From assembly GCA_965209035.1 (NCBI GenBank), contig OZ242372.1:800001-864000 (forward strand): a DNA stretch of 64,000 nt, written 5' to 3'. Origin of the DNA: Gammaproteobacteria bacterium (lineage in GTDB: Bacteria > Pseudomonadota > Gammaproteobacteria > CBDBNL01 > JAAOII01). Of the stretch, positions 29,401 to 39,332 are shown piece by piece; position 1 is the stretch's first letter; each line of letters begins with the position of its first letter. The position numbers were made by a program, and so were the translations under genes. Under the pieces are notes generated by a model. The model had not been told where the DNA came from and ran no database searches. It was given only the letters and a program-made list of their open reading frames with translations.

Positions 29401-32400
29401 AAGCGCAGATTACGCACAGTGCCACTCGCCGCACCAAACAACCCAACACCATACCTGTTGGCCGCAGCACGAATAGGCAAATTGGATAACTCGTTCCCGC
29501 CGCCGTCAAAGATCCCGGAATAAGGCACACAGTCGTCCGCCGCGGCGCAAAAGCCAATCGGTCGCCAGTCACCGCCGCTCCAATCGGCATAGTAGGTTAC
29601 CGGACTCCGATAGGCTGCCGGGTTCCGATAAGATGCCCTGTCTTGAAAGTCCAATGAGTGCACCAGTTCATAGCCGAAGCAACCACCGATCGGACAGCCG
29701 TTATCCCCCAATGCCTCAAAAGTGTCGGCCTGAGAGTTATCCTGGCCATCGCCGTCCCAATCGGCATTCAAGCTCTCCAGATCGTCCAAAAAGTAAATCT
29801 CTATCAGACCGTTGTTATCATCGTCTCTGTCCACTAAGTTTTCTTCAAAGTCCCCGTCACTGTCCTCACAAGCATCTCCCAGACCATTTCTATCCTCATC
29901 GGTCTGCAACGGATTAGGTACAAACTGACAACTATCGAGCGTATCATTCACACCATCATTATCATCATCCGGGTCCAAAAAGTTCGGCAGCAGATCGGAG
30001 TCAAAGTTGATACCTGTGACGACACTTCTACTGACAGGACCATATCGCCGCCCATCAACGCCAACCAAAATAACCGACACATTATAACGCACGCGGTTCT
30101 GCAAACGCCGAATAGCATAAGCAGCCGTGCCATCGGAATCAAGTTGGGTTCTTTTGGTAGCCATCCTTTCCCGTCCGCCACCGCTCCAATGAATTTCAAA
30201 TGCCTTGATCGCACCAAACGGATTAACCCAGTTCAACTCAATATTGGTACTACCCGGTTGCGCCCTCAGATTAAAGACGGAGCCTATCGCACTTTCGCGG
30301 CGGCCTTGTCCTCGACTCAATAACTTTTCGAAAACACAGGTGAGTGCCGGATACTGAGCGATATCGCCCAGATCCCAAGCACGCCGAATATCCTCCGTCA
30401 AGTCCGTAGCATCGTCCGTATCCGTAAAGGCTCCCGTGGCCGAATCACACCAAAAGTCTGCCCAATTGCCGTAAACTCCTTGAAAAAGAATCTCCCTTTG
30501 CAACGCCCCGGTTGTGAGACCCTCGCCGGGGGCCGCAGGATTACTGTCCTCTTGCCCCGTTCGTTGTACATCCCAATAAGAATTTTCAGCGGTAAAATCA
30601 TCGGTCCCCGCAAGACCACCGACAAAAGAAGAACCCGTTACGGGTCCGTTGGCCGCATAAGAAGAAACAATCCGCGCGGAAGGACTTGCCACAATGTAAC
30701 CCACCAGGCCGCCCACATAACTCTCGCCACTGACCGGACCGCCGACCGCATAAGAAGCAATAATGGAAGACGAACCCCCGCGCCCGAGCAAGCCACCCAC
30801 AGCTTCGCCCCCGGCACCGCCGCCAACCCTTTGGCCGGCCGCATAGGAGCCTCTGATCATCGCATTCGTCCCGTCTCCAATCAAGCCGCCAATATTTTGT
30901 GTCCTATCGCCACCGCGGATATCTCCGCCGGACATATAAGAATTGGTGATCATCGCATCTACTCCTTTGCCTATCAGTCCGCCAAGATCACGCGAGTTGT
31001 CACCGCCACTGACATTTGTGTCCGCCACATAGGACACATCAACCTCCGCATCGCGGCCGTTGCCGATCAAGCCGCCGACAGACGTCGCCTCTCCGGACGA
31101 GCCGACAGTACCCTCCGTAAAAGACGAAAACTGAACTCTTGCATCCTGACCCGATCCCGCCAGACCACCCACGGAATAGGCATTTTGACTCAATACATGG
31201 CCTTCAATGACCACATGTTCCGCAACAATGCCGTTGCCAAATCCCACAAGAACCCCGATATGTCCTTTGCCACCGGTGATGTTGGCGTCTATCAGCCGCA
31301 AATTCCGGACAGAACCGGAAGCGGCGCCAAACAAACCGACACCATAGTCATCGGCAGCGGCGCGAATACGGAGGTTGGCAATGGTATGATCGTTTCCTTC
31401 AAATACCCCCGCGTATGGAACACACGCAGAACCGGAAGAGCAAAAACCAATAGACACCCAATTAGCCGACAGAACCGCCATACTGCTGTTCGCATCCGCA
31501 TAGGAATCTGCCAAATTAAAATCCAAAGAACGCGCGAGTTCGTAACCAATGCACCCGTCCGAATGGCAGCCAATGCTTCCCGCCGCAGTCACATTATCAC
31601 CGGCATCGTCAAAACGATTGTCATCGTTTCCGTCACCATTGAGATCATCGCGCATACCGACAAGATCTTCAATCGCATCAATTTCTATTAGCCTATTATT
31701 GTCCCTGTCACTATCCAAAAGATCTATAATGCCGTCTCCGTCCAAATCTTCCCGATCACAAACATCACCAATTTCATCGTCATCCAGATCTCTTTGCATC
31801 GGGTTGAAATCCAACGGACAATTATCATCCGCATCCGCAACTCCGTCATCATCCGCATCCGCAATTCCGTCACCATCCGCATCCGCGTGATTGTCGTCAT
31901 TGTCATCCAAAGAATCCGGCAAACTGTCATTATCCGCATTCGGACCGGGCCGACGGATAATAGCAACGGAAGAATACGCTTGACCGTCCGTGGCAACCAC
32001 AACAACCGAAATTGTATAATTGCGCGCGTTATCCAAGTTCTCTACTGCGTATGCGGCCAACGCGTGCGAAGCACGCTCGGTTCGCTTAACAACACTTCCG
32101 CGCGAACCCAAAGTCTGCCAGGTAATGTTAAACAATTCTGTTTCACCATGCGGATTTTGCCAACTCAATCGGATACTATTATTCGCCGGAATACCCGCAA
32201 GATCGCGCACGGGCGCCGCAGCCGGAAAATACTGCACGGCACGCGCATTGGAAATACAATTCAAATACGGATAACGATGCGCCTCACCGGCACGCCAGGC
32301 AATGTTAGCCGATTGGGCAATCGCATGACTCGCATCCGTCGTGAATATGCCGGCAGTCGCATCACACCAAGCATTACTCCAGTTCGAATAAATGCTACTG

Positions 32401-34244
32401 CCGATTTGAGCGGTTTGTAATTCCTCACCGAATTGACCCAAACCACCGCCCGAACTCTCGCTTTGATTCGTCGTGCGATTATCCCAGTAAGAACCCCCAA
32501 TTGTCGCGGCGTCCCCAACGCCAGCCAATCCGCCCACCAAACGAGTGCCACTTACCAAACCACCGGCAACATAAGACTGACGCACCCGCGCCCGCGGCGC
32601 ATGACCCAACAAACCGCCAACCGCAACATCACCGCTAACGGACTCCCGCCGCGCATAAGTGGCAACAAAATCGGCAGCCGAACCATCACCGGCCAAACCC
32701 CCTACCGCATAGTGACCCAACACCGCAGCACCGCTTGCAAAAGACGCGGCAACAGCCGACATACTGCCGTTACCTACCAGACCGCCAACAGCTCTTTCGC
32801 CTCGCACCGGACCATCAAATGCAAACGAAGCAACCATGCCGGCCCCGCGCCCGTCACCAACCAAGCCGCCAACCCGATTCCTTCCGTTAATCAGAGTTAA
32901 AGCGGAAAATGAAAAGTTAATCTGCGCATCCCGGCCATCGCCAATCAAACCGCCAACAGCATCCCCACCGCGCACCGAACCGGCAGCCGCGGATGCAAAG
33001 CGAACCGTCGCATTTTGTGCATCGCCCAACAAGCCGCCAACACCCACGGAACCCACGGCCCCAAATACGCTCCCTTGCACCGAAACATTGGCAACGAATG
33101 CCCCCCGAGCATAACCGGCAAAAATACCAACCGCCGACAAACCTTCGCGAATTTCGGCATCCGGCACCCGCAGATTTTTCAACTCACCCGAAACCGCACC
33201 AAACAAACCCACACCAATCTGTTGGACACCGGCATTTACGAACAAACCACTAAGCCGATGACCATTACCATCAAAAACAGCCGCATAAGGACTACAAGTA
33301 TCCGCAGACGAACAAAAACCAATCGGCACCCAGTCGCCACCACTCCAGCCGGCATAATTGGTAGCCGGATCCCGATAGGATGTCCTGTTTTTAAAATCCA
33401 AAGAACGCACCAATTCATAGCCAACGCAGCCCGCGGGCAGACAACCTTCGCTCCCCAAGGTCACCACATTATCCGCAGGACCATTAAAACGATTATCGTC
33501 CTCGCCATCCCCGTCAAGATCATCGCGCAACGATGCCAGATCTTCCAAAGTGTAAATCTCTATGAGAGCATTGCCGTCCCGATCACGGTCATCAATGTCC
33601 GTCACATTATCATCATCCGCATCACCGCAAGCATCGCCGAGCGCATCCGTCTCACTGTTAAAGTTCGCCTGATCCGGGTTGGATACCAACCGGCAGTTAT
33701 CATCCGCATCCGCAATTCCGTCACCATCCGCATCCGCAATTCCGTCATCATCCGCAATTCCGTCATCATCCGCATCCGTGTGATTGTCATCATTGTCATC
33801 CAAAGAATCCGGCAAACTGTCATTATCCGCATTCGAACCGGGCCGACGGATAATAGCAACGGAAGGATACGCTTGACCGTCCGAAGTCTGCAGCAATACG
33901 ACAATGGTGTAATTGAAAGCATTATCCAGATTAATGATGTTATAAGATGCCGACAGCTGAGATGAAATTTCGTCCGTCTTCATGGCAGAACTTGAGCCAC
34001 CGCCGCCCATTCCCTGCCAAGTGATATTAAAAAAGGCTATACGGCCGAACGGATTACGCCACATCAGTCGTATCGACTTGTCCGCGGGAATACCACTAAG
34101 ATTGGATACAGCTTCGCTGGCCGCCAACTGTTGTCGGATGCCGAATGTAGTACCTCGGTTACTCGCATTCTCGCAAGCGACGAGAAGTAAAACAAACACT
34201 AAGAGAGTAGGAAAAAACCCGCAGGCTTTTTTAATAATCATCAT
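26412..34244 (-). CDS. Giant (2610 aa) acidic surface lipoprotein/adhesin with four ~650-aa modules (FN3-like, thrombospondin type-3 Ca-binding repeats, GLUG-type Gly-rich repeats)
   Basis: Lipobox LLVA-C; recurring W.NP FN3-like strand, DNCP..FNP.Q.D.D..GD.C, DNNGLIEI..L.DL, GC.GYEL.RSLDF, many VGGL.G repeats, and module end W..G....YP.L.C. Confidence 0.8.
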   Translation of the reverse strand: MMIIKKACGFFPTLLVFVLLLVACENASNRGTTFGIRQQLAASEAVSNLSGIPADKSIRLMWRNPFGRIAFFNITWQGMGGGGSSSAMKTDEISSQLSASYNIINLDNAFNYTIVVLLQTSDGQAYPSVAIIRRPGSNADNDSLPDSLDDNDDNHTDADDDGIADDDGIADADGDGIADADDNCRLVSNPDQANFNSETDALGDACGDADDDNVTDIDDRDRDGNALIEIYTLEDLASLRDDLDGDGEDDNRFNGPADNVVTLGSEGCLPAGCVGYELVRSLDFKNRTSYRDPATNYAGWSGGDWVPIGFCSSADTCSPYAAVFDGNGHRLSGLFVNAGVQQIGVGLFGAVSGELKNLRVPDAEIREGLSAVGIFAGYARGAFVANVSVQGSVFGAVGSVGVGGLLGDAQNATVRFASAAAGSVRGGDAVGGLIGDGRDAQINFSFSALTLINGRNRVGGLVGDGRGAGMVASFAFDGPVRGERAVGGLVGNGSMSAVAASFASGAAVLGHYAVGGLAGDGSAADFVATYARRESVSGDVAVGGLLGHAPRARVRQSYVAGGLVSGTRLVGGLAGVGDAATIGGSYWDNRTTNQSESSGGGLGQFGEELQTAQIGSSIYSNWSNAWCDATAGIFTTDASHAIAQSANIAWRAGEAHRYPYLNCISNARAVQYFPAAAPVRDLAGIPANNSIRLSWQNPHGETELFNITWQTLGSRGSVVKRTERASHALAAYAVENLDNARNYTISVVVVATDGQAYSSVAIIRRPGPNADNDSLPDSLDDNDDNHADADGDGIADADDDGVADADDNCPLDFNPMQRDLDDDEIGDVCDREDLDGDGIIDLLDSDRDNNRLIEIDAIEDLVGMRDDLNGDGNDDNRFDDAGDNVTAAGSIGCHSDGCIGYELARSLDFNLADSYADANSSMAVLSANWVSIGFCSSGSACVPYAGVFEGNDHTIANLRIRAAADDYGVGLFGAASGSVRNLRLIDANITGGKGHIGVLVGFGNGIVAEHVVIEGHVLSQNAYSVGGLAGSGQDARVQFSSFTEGTVGSSGEATSVGGLIGNGRDAEVDVSYVADTNVSGGDNSRDLGGLIGKGVDAMITNSYMSGGDIRGGDRTQNIGGLIGDGTNAMIRGSYAAGQRVGGGAGGEAVGGLLGRGGSSSIIASYAVGGPVSGESYVGGLVGYIVASPSARIVSSYAANGPVTGSSFVGGLAGTDDFTAENSYWDVQRTGQEDSNPAAPGEGLTTGALQREILFQGVYGNWADFWCDSATGAFTDTDDATDLTEDIRRAWDLGDIAQYPALTCVFEKLLSRGQGRRESAIGSVFNLRAQPGSTNIELNWVNPFGAIKAFEIHWSGGGRERMATKRTQLDSDGTAAYAIRRLQNRVRYNVSVILVGVDGRRYGPVSRSVVTGINFDSDLLPNFLDPDDDNDGVNDTLDSCQFVPNPLQTDEDRNGLGDACEDSDGDFEENLVDRDDDNNGLIEIYFLDDLESLNADWDGDGQDNSQADTFEALGDNGCPIGGCFGYELVHSLDFQDRASYRNPAAYRSPVTYYADWSGGDWRPIGFCAAADDCVPYSGIFDGGGNELSNLPIRAAANRYGVGLFGAASGTVRNLRLKNVTIAGGEGDIGTLAGYGRGLVADNVSVVGTDIASPDATSVGGLVGDGSGTEILFSSVTGGSVLGESRVGGLLGTDADGSVIRSSFFTDGRVSGRGVLGGLLGFGIRTAINFSYVADANVRGNLNSYGRLGGFGGETQGVKIVASYTSDVNVSVPAVNSVATAVGGLLGASRDSILNGNRMTPRIVASYTLGGAVIGDSRVGGFVGDPQFGDVSSSIEVVSSYALNGPIVETSNGGQIGTFLGTSLSAPNFAENSYWNSDATGLTRALPSDQPSGALGLSGTALQQPTNFTGIYAAWGNFWCDPSTGTFAETDDATELTTDAYRAWDLGDVDQYPALTCVPGGVMSRGQGRPVAKGPVRDLVAAPLAGGVLLSWMNPSGETRAIEINWQGAGVTRTVLSTDELRSSVRAFYRLENLADETEYNISLFVIAADGRRYGPTNTSVITGRNTDGDLLPDFLDPDDDNDDVNDDTDNCPMLFNPLQTDKNRNNIGDVCEDTDGDNVIGLNDADDDNNGLIEIHTLDDLARLRDDLDGDGADDGRITGITAVGSVGCPSSGCAGYELARSLNFSDADSYNASSVNMDDWTDPAGSGWVPIGSCSNENTCNARYTATFDGGGYHIADLFIAAADTVSGVGLFASLQDGSIQNLRLLNANVSGGAANVGLLVGFTGSGSARYENLSVIGGTITSPGRNRVGGMIGYAESASGSHVEIRDSHVSDIVVSGDASVGGLIGQADEATIRAVSVFNVTVAGTGRGVGGLVGVMNDAMIRAVSVFGGTVTGTNNIGGMVGERLTGESLDPSTSNVQPVEIHHSYVSGVDVSGNNQVGGLIGSGDISTIHHSYVVGGRVFGNNRVGGLVGGGGPDIRYSYVATPVSGGRAVGGLLGSNVLRSTLTPTVIASYWDNEITGQSTSAGTPGSRGEGKTMPELQDPTTFADSIYADWGNFWCDPDSLEIRENRTAGGPGAPFVPVWDLGGVDQYPALACVPGGIVGSGQGR

Positions 34245-34287
34245 GAGTATAGTTATATGATCACCGGACCTTCCTCTCTAATCTAAC

Positions 34288-35081
34288 TCAGAAGAGCAAT
34301 GACCACCTCCCGATGATCTTCTGATAAGTCAAGCACATCCCGCGCACATTCGCCGGCAAGCAACTGATCCGAGCCATCTTATCCGTCTCACAATTGCCCT
34401 CATTCAAACGAAATGTAAACTCGCTCAGATAGAGAGCCGGATGCTGCTTAGAAAAATGGTGAAACGTGCCATGATACCCGAGCTTCAACACCGCCTTAAC
34501 CGCACCCCCGCGCTCGCGCAGCCCAACCACCGCAACCTTCGTCTGCGCACTACGTCCCGGTACACCGGCTACGCGCTGATCGCGATGCTTATTCTTTTGC
34601 AAACCACCGATATAGGTCTTATCCGCCTCTACCAGACCGCTTAATAAACGACGACTTTGGTCACTCGCCGCCCGGATGCGATGACCTAAAAACCAAGCCG
34701 TCTTTTGGGTCCCTCCGGTTCCTTGGATAATTGTAACGACGAGATACTTTTGCGACTCGTCTGAATCAAATACATCGCATACAGCCGGGTCTTAAATGGC
34801 AGATGGGTATCTTCAAAAACCGTCCCAATCCGAACTGTAAAGTTCTTCCGACAATCCTTACACCGATAACCCGCCATACTCGCTGACACGACGACTAGCA
34901 CAATGAGGACACTGTGCACCTCCCGGCCATAACTCCTTCGCGACAAAGGCCGGACATTTTCCTCCGTTGAAAACATCTGAACGAGGTCAAACATCGAGAT
35001 CGTTTTTGCTAACCTTTTTTCTCTCATAACTCCATTATAACACCCAATATTGCCGGATGAGTTGACAAGTGTGTAATTCCC
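34288..35081 (-). mobile_element. Degenerate IS1595-family element (frameshifted, internally deleted transposase)
   Basis: Left end GGGAATTACACACTTGTCAACTCATCC at 35081; fragments YRCKDCRKNFTVRIGTVFEDTHLP, VAVVGLRERGG, GYHGTFHHFSKQH, YLSEFTFRLNEG in different frames. Right inverted repeat not recognised. Confidence 0.88.
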
Positions 35082-35414
35082 ATTTTTATTTGTTTAGAGT
35101 TTAAATGACAAATCTGTGAGAATACGAAACGATACGCGTAACACGAGCCTGCGGGTGGTGCCCCCCATCCGGGCCGGCGTCGATTGTGAGAGAAATTGTT
35201 TGAGCACACTTTTTTATACTAAAATTCAATCTCGCATAATCTCAGCAAGGTGTTGGATTCTAAGTTTGGTATAATTTCGAACACCCCTATCATGCTCACA
35301 AACAACTCTCGCCGATCCAATTCTGACAAAAACACGAAGAGTCCAAGACCGGATGGGATGATACAAATCTTTACGGACACACAAAAAAGTGCTGTTACTA
35401 TCCCGTCCCGCAAG

Positions 35415-38400
35415 ATGAACGACTTTTTTATTATTGAAGGGAAGTCTCTAAACAATTCCCCCCGGCTTTCGCAACTACTCAAGAGACTTAAACAGTCGGA
35501 AGAAACGGAGTTCGTCTTGAATGCCCGGGAAATTTTCTTATCGCAGTTTGCAACATCCGCCTTATCACGAAAAAAATTGGCAAGTATCCCGGGCGCAGAC
35601 GAACAACTTTCAAAAAAACGAAACTCACCCATCCGAAGATTCTACGTCTTGCCGCGGCGCGGCACCCGATCTCCTTGGTCCAGCAAGACCGGCGATATAC
35701 TCAAAGATGTCCTTCTGCCGGATGCTCGCCCGACACATATTGAAAAAGGAGTTCTTTATGCAACGAACCTCCCGCCCTCTCTGTTCCGCCTTGTCCGACA
35801 AGAATTGTGTGACAAGATGACCCAAGAGATTTTCGAAGAAAAAGAATTGCCATCTTACTTTGCGGAGAGCGGGCAACGCAGTAAGCTGCTTTTTGCCGAA
35901 GCGCGCGAAATACGAATCCTGAAAAGAATGAATCTTGAACGGGGATGGGCACTCGATGAATCGGAACTTGTATATATTAACTGCCTTTACAAAAAACTCG
36001 ACAGGAAGGCGACCGAGGCCGAACTGACTGTGTTTGCCCAGTTAAACTCGGAGCATTGTCGCCATAAAATTTTTAATGCCTCCCTGATGACGGAGAAAAA
36101 AGAGCGTCTCACCGGACTCTTTGAAATGATCCAACAAACTTCCAAGGCAGCTCTCGCGTCGCATGACATTTTGTCCGCTTATAAGGACAATGCCACTGTT
36201 TTCTCTCGGCGGACTTCCTCGCATTTTTTTGCCCCCGGCCGCACTTATGGTTACCAAAAGAAGGTGCGACATTTAATACTTAAGGCCGAAACCCACAATC
36301 ATCCCACATTTGTTTCTCCCTATCCGGGGGCGGCTACGGGAGTGGGCGGTGAGATTCGCGACGAACTGGCAAGCGGGCGAGGCGGGGAAACGAAAGCGGG
36401 ATTTACGGGGTATGCGGTTTCCGATCTGTTGCTGCCCGAAATGCAATTACCTTGGGAACAAAATTTTGGCAAAAATAATCGCAATGCCGACAGCAAACAG
36501 GTGATGCTACGGGCACCAATGGGAGGAACCAACTATGGCAATGAGTTTGGCAGACCCGGACTGGCGGGATTTTTTCGCACACTTTCCTGTGAAAAAGACG
36601 GCATCCGTTACGGCTACCACAAACCTATCATGCTTGCCGGTGGTTGGGGAGAAATTCATACAAAACAAGTGCACAAAATAACCGACCTGCCCGCTGCCGG
36701 CGGCACTCGTCTTATGTTATTGGGCGAGCCGGCTCTGCGGATTGGGCTGGGCGGCAGTGCTATGTCTTCGCAATCTTCGTCTCACGCGGAAAGCAAACAC
36801 GAACTGGACTTTGCCTCGGTGCAGAGAGATAACGCCGAGATGGAAAGACGCTGCGCCGATGTTATCGTAACTTGCGCCCAACTCGGCACCAAAAACCCGA
36901 TTCTGTTTGTGCATGATCTGGGTGCCGGCGGACTGGGCAACGCTCTGGCCGAGTTACTTAAGGACTGCGATTGCGGCGGGGTCATTAATATGAACAACAT
37001 CCCCGTTGCCGACAACACGATGTCGCCGACCGAAGTTCTCGTCAACGAATCCCAAGAACGGTTTTTGTTGGCCGTAGATGCCAAAAAGTTAAAAACTTTC
37101 AAAGAAATCTGCCGAAGAGAAAATGTCCGTTACGCCGATATCGGTACAACAAACCGCTCAAAGAAGATCTGTGTCAGAACCGATGACAACACAGCCGCCA
37201 TCGATCTGCCGGTAGCCGCTCTTTTTCCCAAACAAAAAAAATCCGTCACCGTCGCCGCGGAACGAGTTCAACACAAAACCGAAAAAGAAATCTTGCCCCC
37301 CAAGACAGACCTGAAAAAACATGCGACCGATGTTCTGCGTTTACCCTCCGTAGCATGCAAATCTTTTCTCATCACCATCGGCGACAGATCTGTCGGCGGG
37401 TTAACTGTGCGCGAGCAGATGATTGGTCGCCGCCAAATACCGGTCGGCGACTACGCCGCCACCCTGTCGGATTATCGCGGCCATAGCGGCGAGGTTTTTG
37501 CTCTGGGCGAGCGCATGCCGGTCGCCGTCGTCGATGCGGAAGCATCCGTTTCCCTGGCATTGGGCGAAGTGATTTCCAATCTGGCGGCAAGCGGTGTCCA
37601 AAACATACGCGACATCAAACTTTGTGCCAACTGGATGGCGGCCGTCAACGCGGACGGGCAGATGTCCGCGTTACAAAAAGCCGTCCGGCATCTCACACAG
37701 GATCTGTGCATACGATTGGGGATGGCAATACCCGTGGGAAAAGATTCGCTGTTTATGCGCGCGTCACTTCACAAGAACAACAAACAAACCGAAACCATTG
37801 CGCCCGTATCCTTGGTGCTTGCCGGATTGGCACCGGTCAAGGATCTGCGGCTCGGACGCACCCCCGAGCCGGCGACCGCCGGGGACATTTGGTGGATACA
37901 CCCGCACCGCGAACATGAGATCCGTTTGGGAGGATCCGCATTGACTCATATTACAAACGCCCGATCTGTTAAGCCCCCCGTCCTATCGGCCGAGCAGATT
38001 GGCACTTTTTTTAACGGAGTCAGTGCGGCAGTCCGCATGGGGAAAATTTTAGCCTACCACGATCTGTCAGACGGCGGTCTCTGGACAACAGTTTGCGAAA
38101 TGGCATTTGCGGGTAATCGCGGTCTTAACCTAAACCTGGATGCCACCCGGCCGGAGGACATCCGACGGGTTCTCTTCGGCGAAGAGATCGGCGCGGTCAT
38201 TCAGGTCGCGCAAGAGGACGAAGAGTTTGTTCAAAAACTGACGGAACAGCATCGTCTTAGGATGGTGCGCCTCGGCAGTTTCTCCGACGAGGATTGGATT
38301 TCGGTCCGTCGTTCGGACGGAGTTTGCCTGGAAGAGAAAATGACGACATTACGCGGTATCTGGGGAGAAGTCAGTTGGCGAATGAGCCGGCGCAGAGATC

Positions 38401-39308
38401 ACCCGGACTGTGCCGACGCCGAACACCGGCATCTTTGCTCCTTTAAAGCGGGCGGACTGTTTGAAAAACCTGTTTTTGATTCGCACAAACTCACCCCCGT
38501 TGTGTCTGCCGGAACGCGACCGCGCGTGGCAATTTTGCGTTGCCAAGGGACAAACGGGGCGCGCGAAATGGCGGCGGCATTTGATGCGGCCGGATTTGAG
38601 GCAACAGATGTCGCCATGCAAGATTTTAAAACAGCCGAACGGACTATTAACATGCAAGACTTTAAAGGGGTGGCATTTTGCGGAGGCTTCAGTTACGGTG
38701 ATGCCTTGGGCGCGGGCGCGGGTTGGGCGACAGTGATTATGCAAGACAACCGATTGCGTGATCTGTTCGCCGAGTTCTTCGCCCGAACGGATACCTTCGC
38801 CCTGGGCGTATGCAACGGATGCCAGGTATTGGCAAGAATCTCCGAACTGATCCCGGATGCCGACTGGGATTGCCGCTTTCTTCCCAACAGGTCGCAACGC
38901 TACGAGGCGCGCACCGTCATGACACGGATCTGCGATTCGCCAAGCATCTTCTACCGCGGCATGGCGGGGAGTTTGCTGCCGATTGTTTCCGCACATGCCG
39001 AAGGCAGAACCGCTTTTGGCAAAAAGGAAACCGCCAAACGAATGGAGCGGGAAAACAAGGTGGCGATGGTATATGCGGACGATATCGGTCGGGCAACCAT
39101 GACCTACCCGTTAAATCCAAGCGGTGCGGAAAATGCGATTGCCGCCCTGACTTCCGCAAGCGGCAGGGTGACCATCACGATGCCACATCCGGAACGCATA
39201 TTTAGAGGTCTTACCCAAACTTGGAAACACCCTGCGGGCAATACCGAAGCGACCGAATACAGTCCATGGCTGGCAATGTTTTGCAACGCACGCAACTGGG
39301 TTAATTAA
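35415..39308 (+). CDS. purL: Phosphoribosylformylglycinamidine synthase (large PurL)
   Basis: SPWSSK, FAQLNSEHCRHKIFNA, KAETHNHPT, HDLGAGG, NESQER, GGFSYGDALGAG, LGVCNGCQ, MPHPER. Start chosen at MNDFF; the ORF is open from 35250. Confidence 0.96.
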   Translation: MNDFFIIEGKSLNNSPRLSQLLKRLKQSEETEFVLNAREIFLSQFATSALSRKKLASIPGADEQLSKKRNSPIRRFYVLPRRGTRSPWSSKTGDILKDVLLPDARPTHIEKGVLYATNLPPSLFRLVRQELCDKMTQEIFEEKELPSYFAESGQRSKLLFAEAREIRILKRMNLERGWALDESELVYINCLYKKLDRKATEAELTVFAQLNSEHCRHKIFNASLMTEKKERLTGLFEMIQQTSKAALASHDILSAYKDNATVFSRRTSSHFFAPGRTYGYQKKVRHLILKAETHNHPTFVSPYPGAATGVGGEIRDELASGRGGETKAGFTGYAVSDLLLPEMQLPWEQNFGKNNRNADSKQVMLRAPMGGTNYGNEFGRPGLAGFFRTLSCEKDGIRYGYHKPIMLAGGWGEIHTKQVHKITDLPAAGGTRLMLLGEPALRIGLGGSAMSSQSSSHAESKHELDFASVQRDNAEMERRCADVIVTCAQLGTKNPILFVHDLGAGGLGNALAELLKDCDCGGVINMNNIPVADNTMSPTEVLVNESQERFLLAVDAKKLKTFKEICRRENVRYADIGTTNRSKKICVRTDDNTAAIDLPVAALFPKQKKSVTVAAERVQHKTEKEILPPKTDLKKHATDVLRLPSVACKSFLITIGDRSVGGLTVREQMIGRRQIPVGDYAATLSDYRGHSGEVFALGERMPVAVVDAEASVSLALGEVISNLAASGVQNIRDIKLCANWMAAVNADGQMSALQKAVRHLTQDLCIRLGMAIPVGKDSLFMRASLHKNNKQTETIAPVSLVLAGLAPVKDLRLGRTPEPATAGDIWWIHPHREHEIRLGGSALTHITNARSVKPPVLSAEQIGTFFNGVSAAVRMGKILAYHDLSDGGLWTTVCEMAFAGNRGLNLNLDATRPEDIRRVLFGEEIGAVIQVAQEDEEFVQKLTEQHRLRMVRLGSFSDEDWISVRRSDGVCLEEKMTTLRGIWGEVSWRMSRRRDHPDCADAEHRHLCSFKAGGLFEKPVFDSHKLTPVVSAGTRPRVAILRCQGTNGAREMAAAFDAAGFEATDVAMQDFKTAERTINMQDFKGVAFCGGFSYGDALGAGAGWATVIMQDNRLRDLFAEFFARTDTFALGVCNGCQVLARISELIPDADWDCRFLPNRSQRYEARTVMTRICDSPSIFYRGMAGSLLPIVSAHAEGRTAFGKKETAKRMERENKVAMVYADDIGRATMTYPLNPSGAENAIAALTSASGRVTITMPHPERIFRGLTQTWKHPAGNTEATEYSPWLAMFCNARNWVN

Positions 39309-39332
39309 GGAAACGACTTTTACTTTTTTGCA

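Noticed and set aside
30480-33965. Long + strand ORFs (403, 208 and 316 aa) opposite the giant lipoprotein
   Set aside because: Explained by the repetitive, biased codon usage of the sense gene; the translations are low-complexity IIRIR-type sequence.
35100-35414. Riboswitch upstream of purL
   Set aside because: A GC-rich patch near 35145..35180 could fold, but I could not match it to a purine, ZTP or PRPP aptamer; an Infernal/Rfam scan would be needed.
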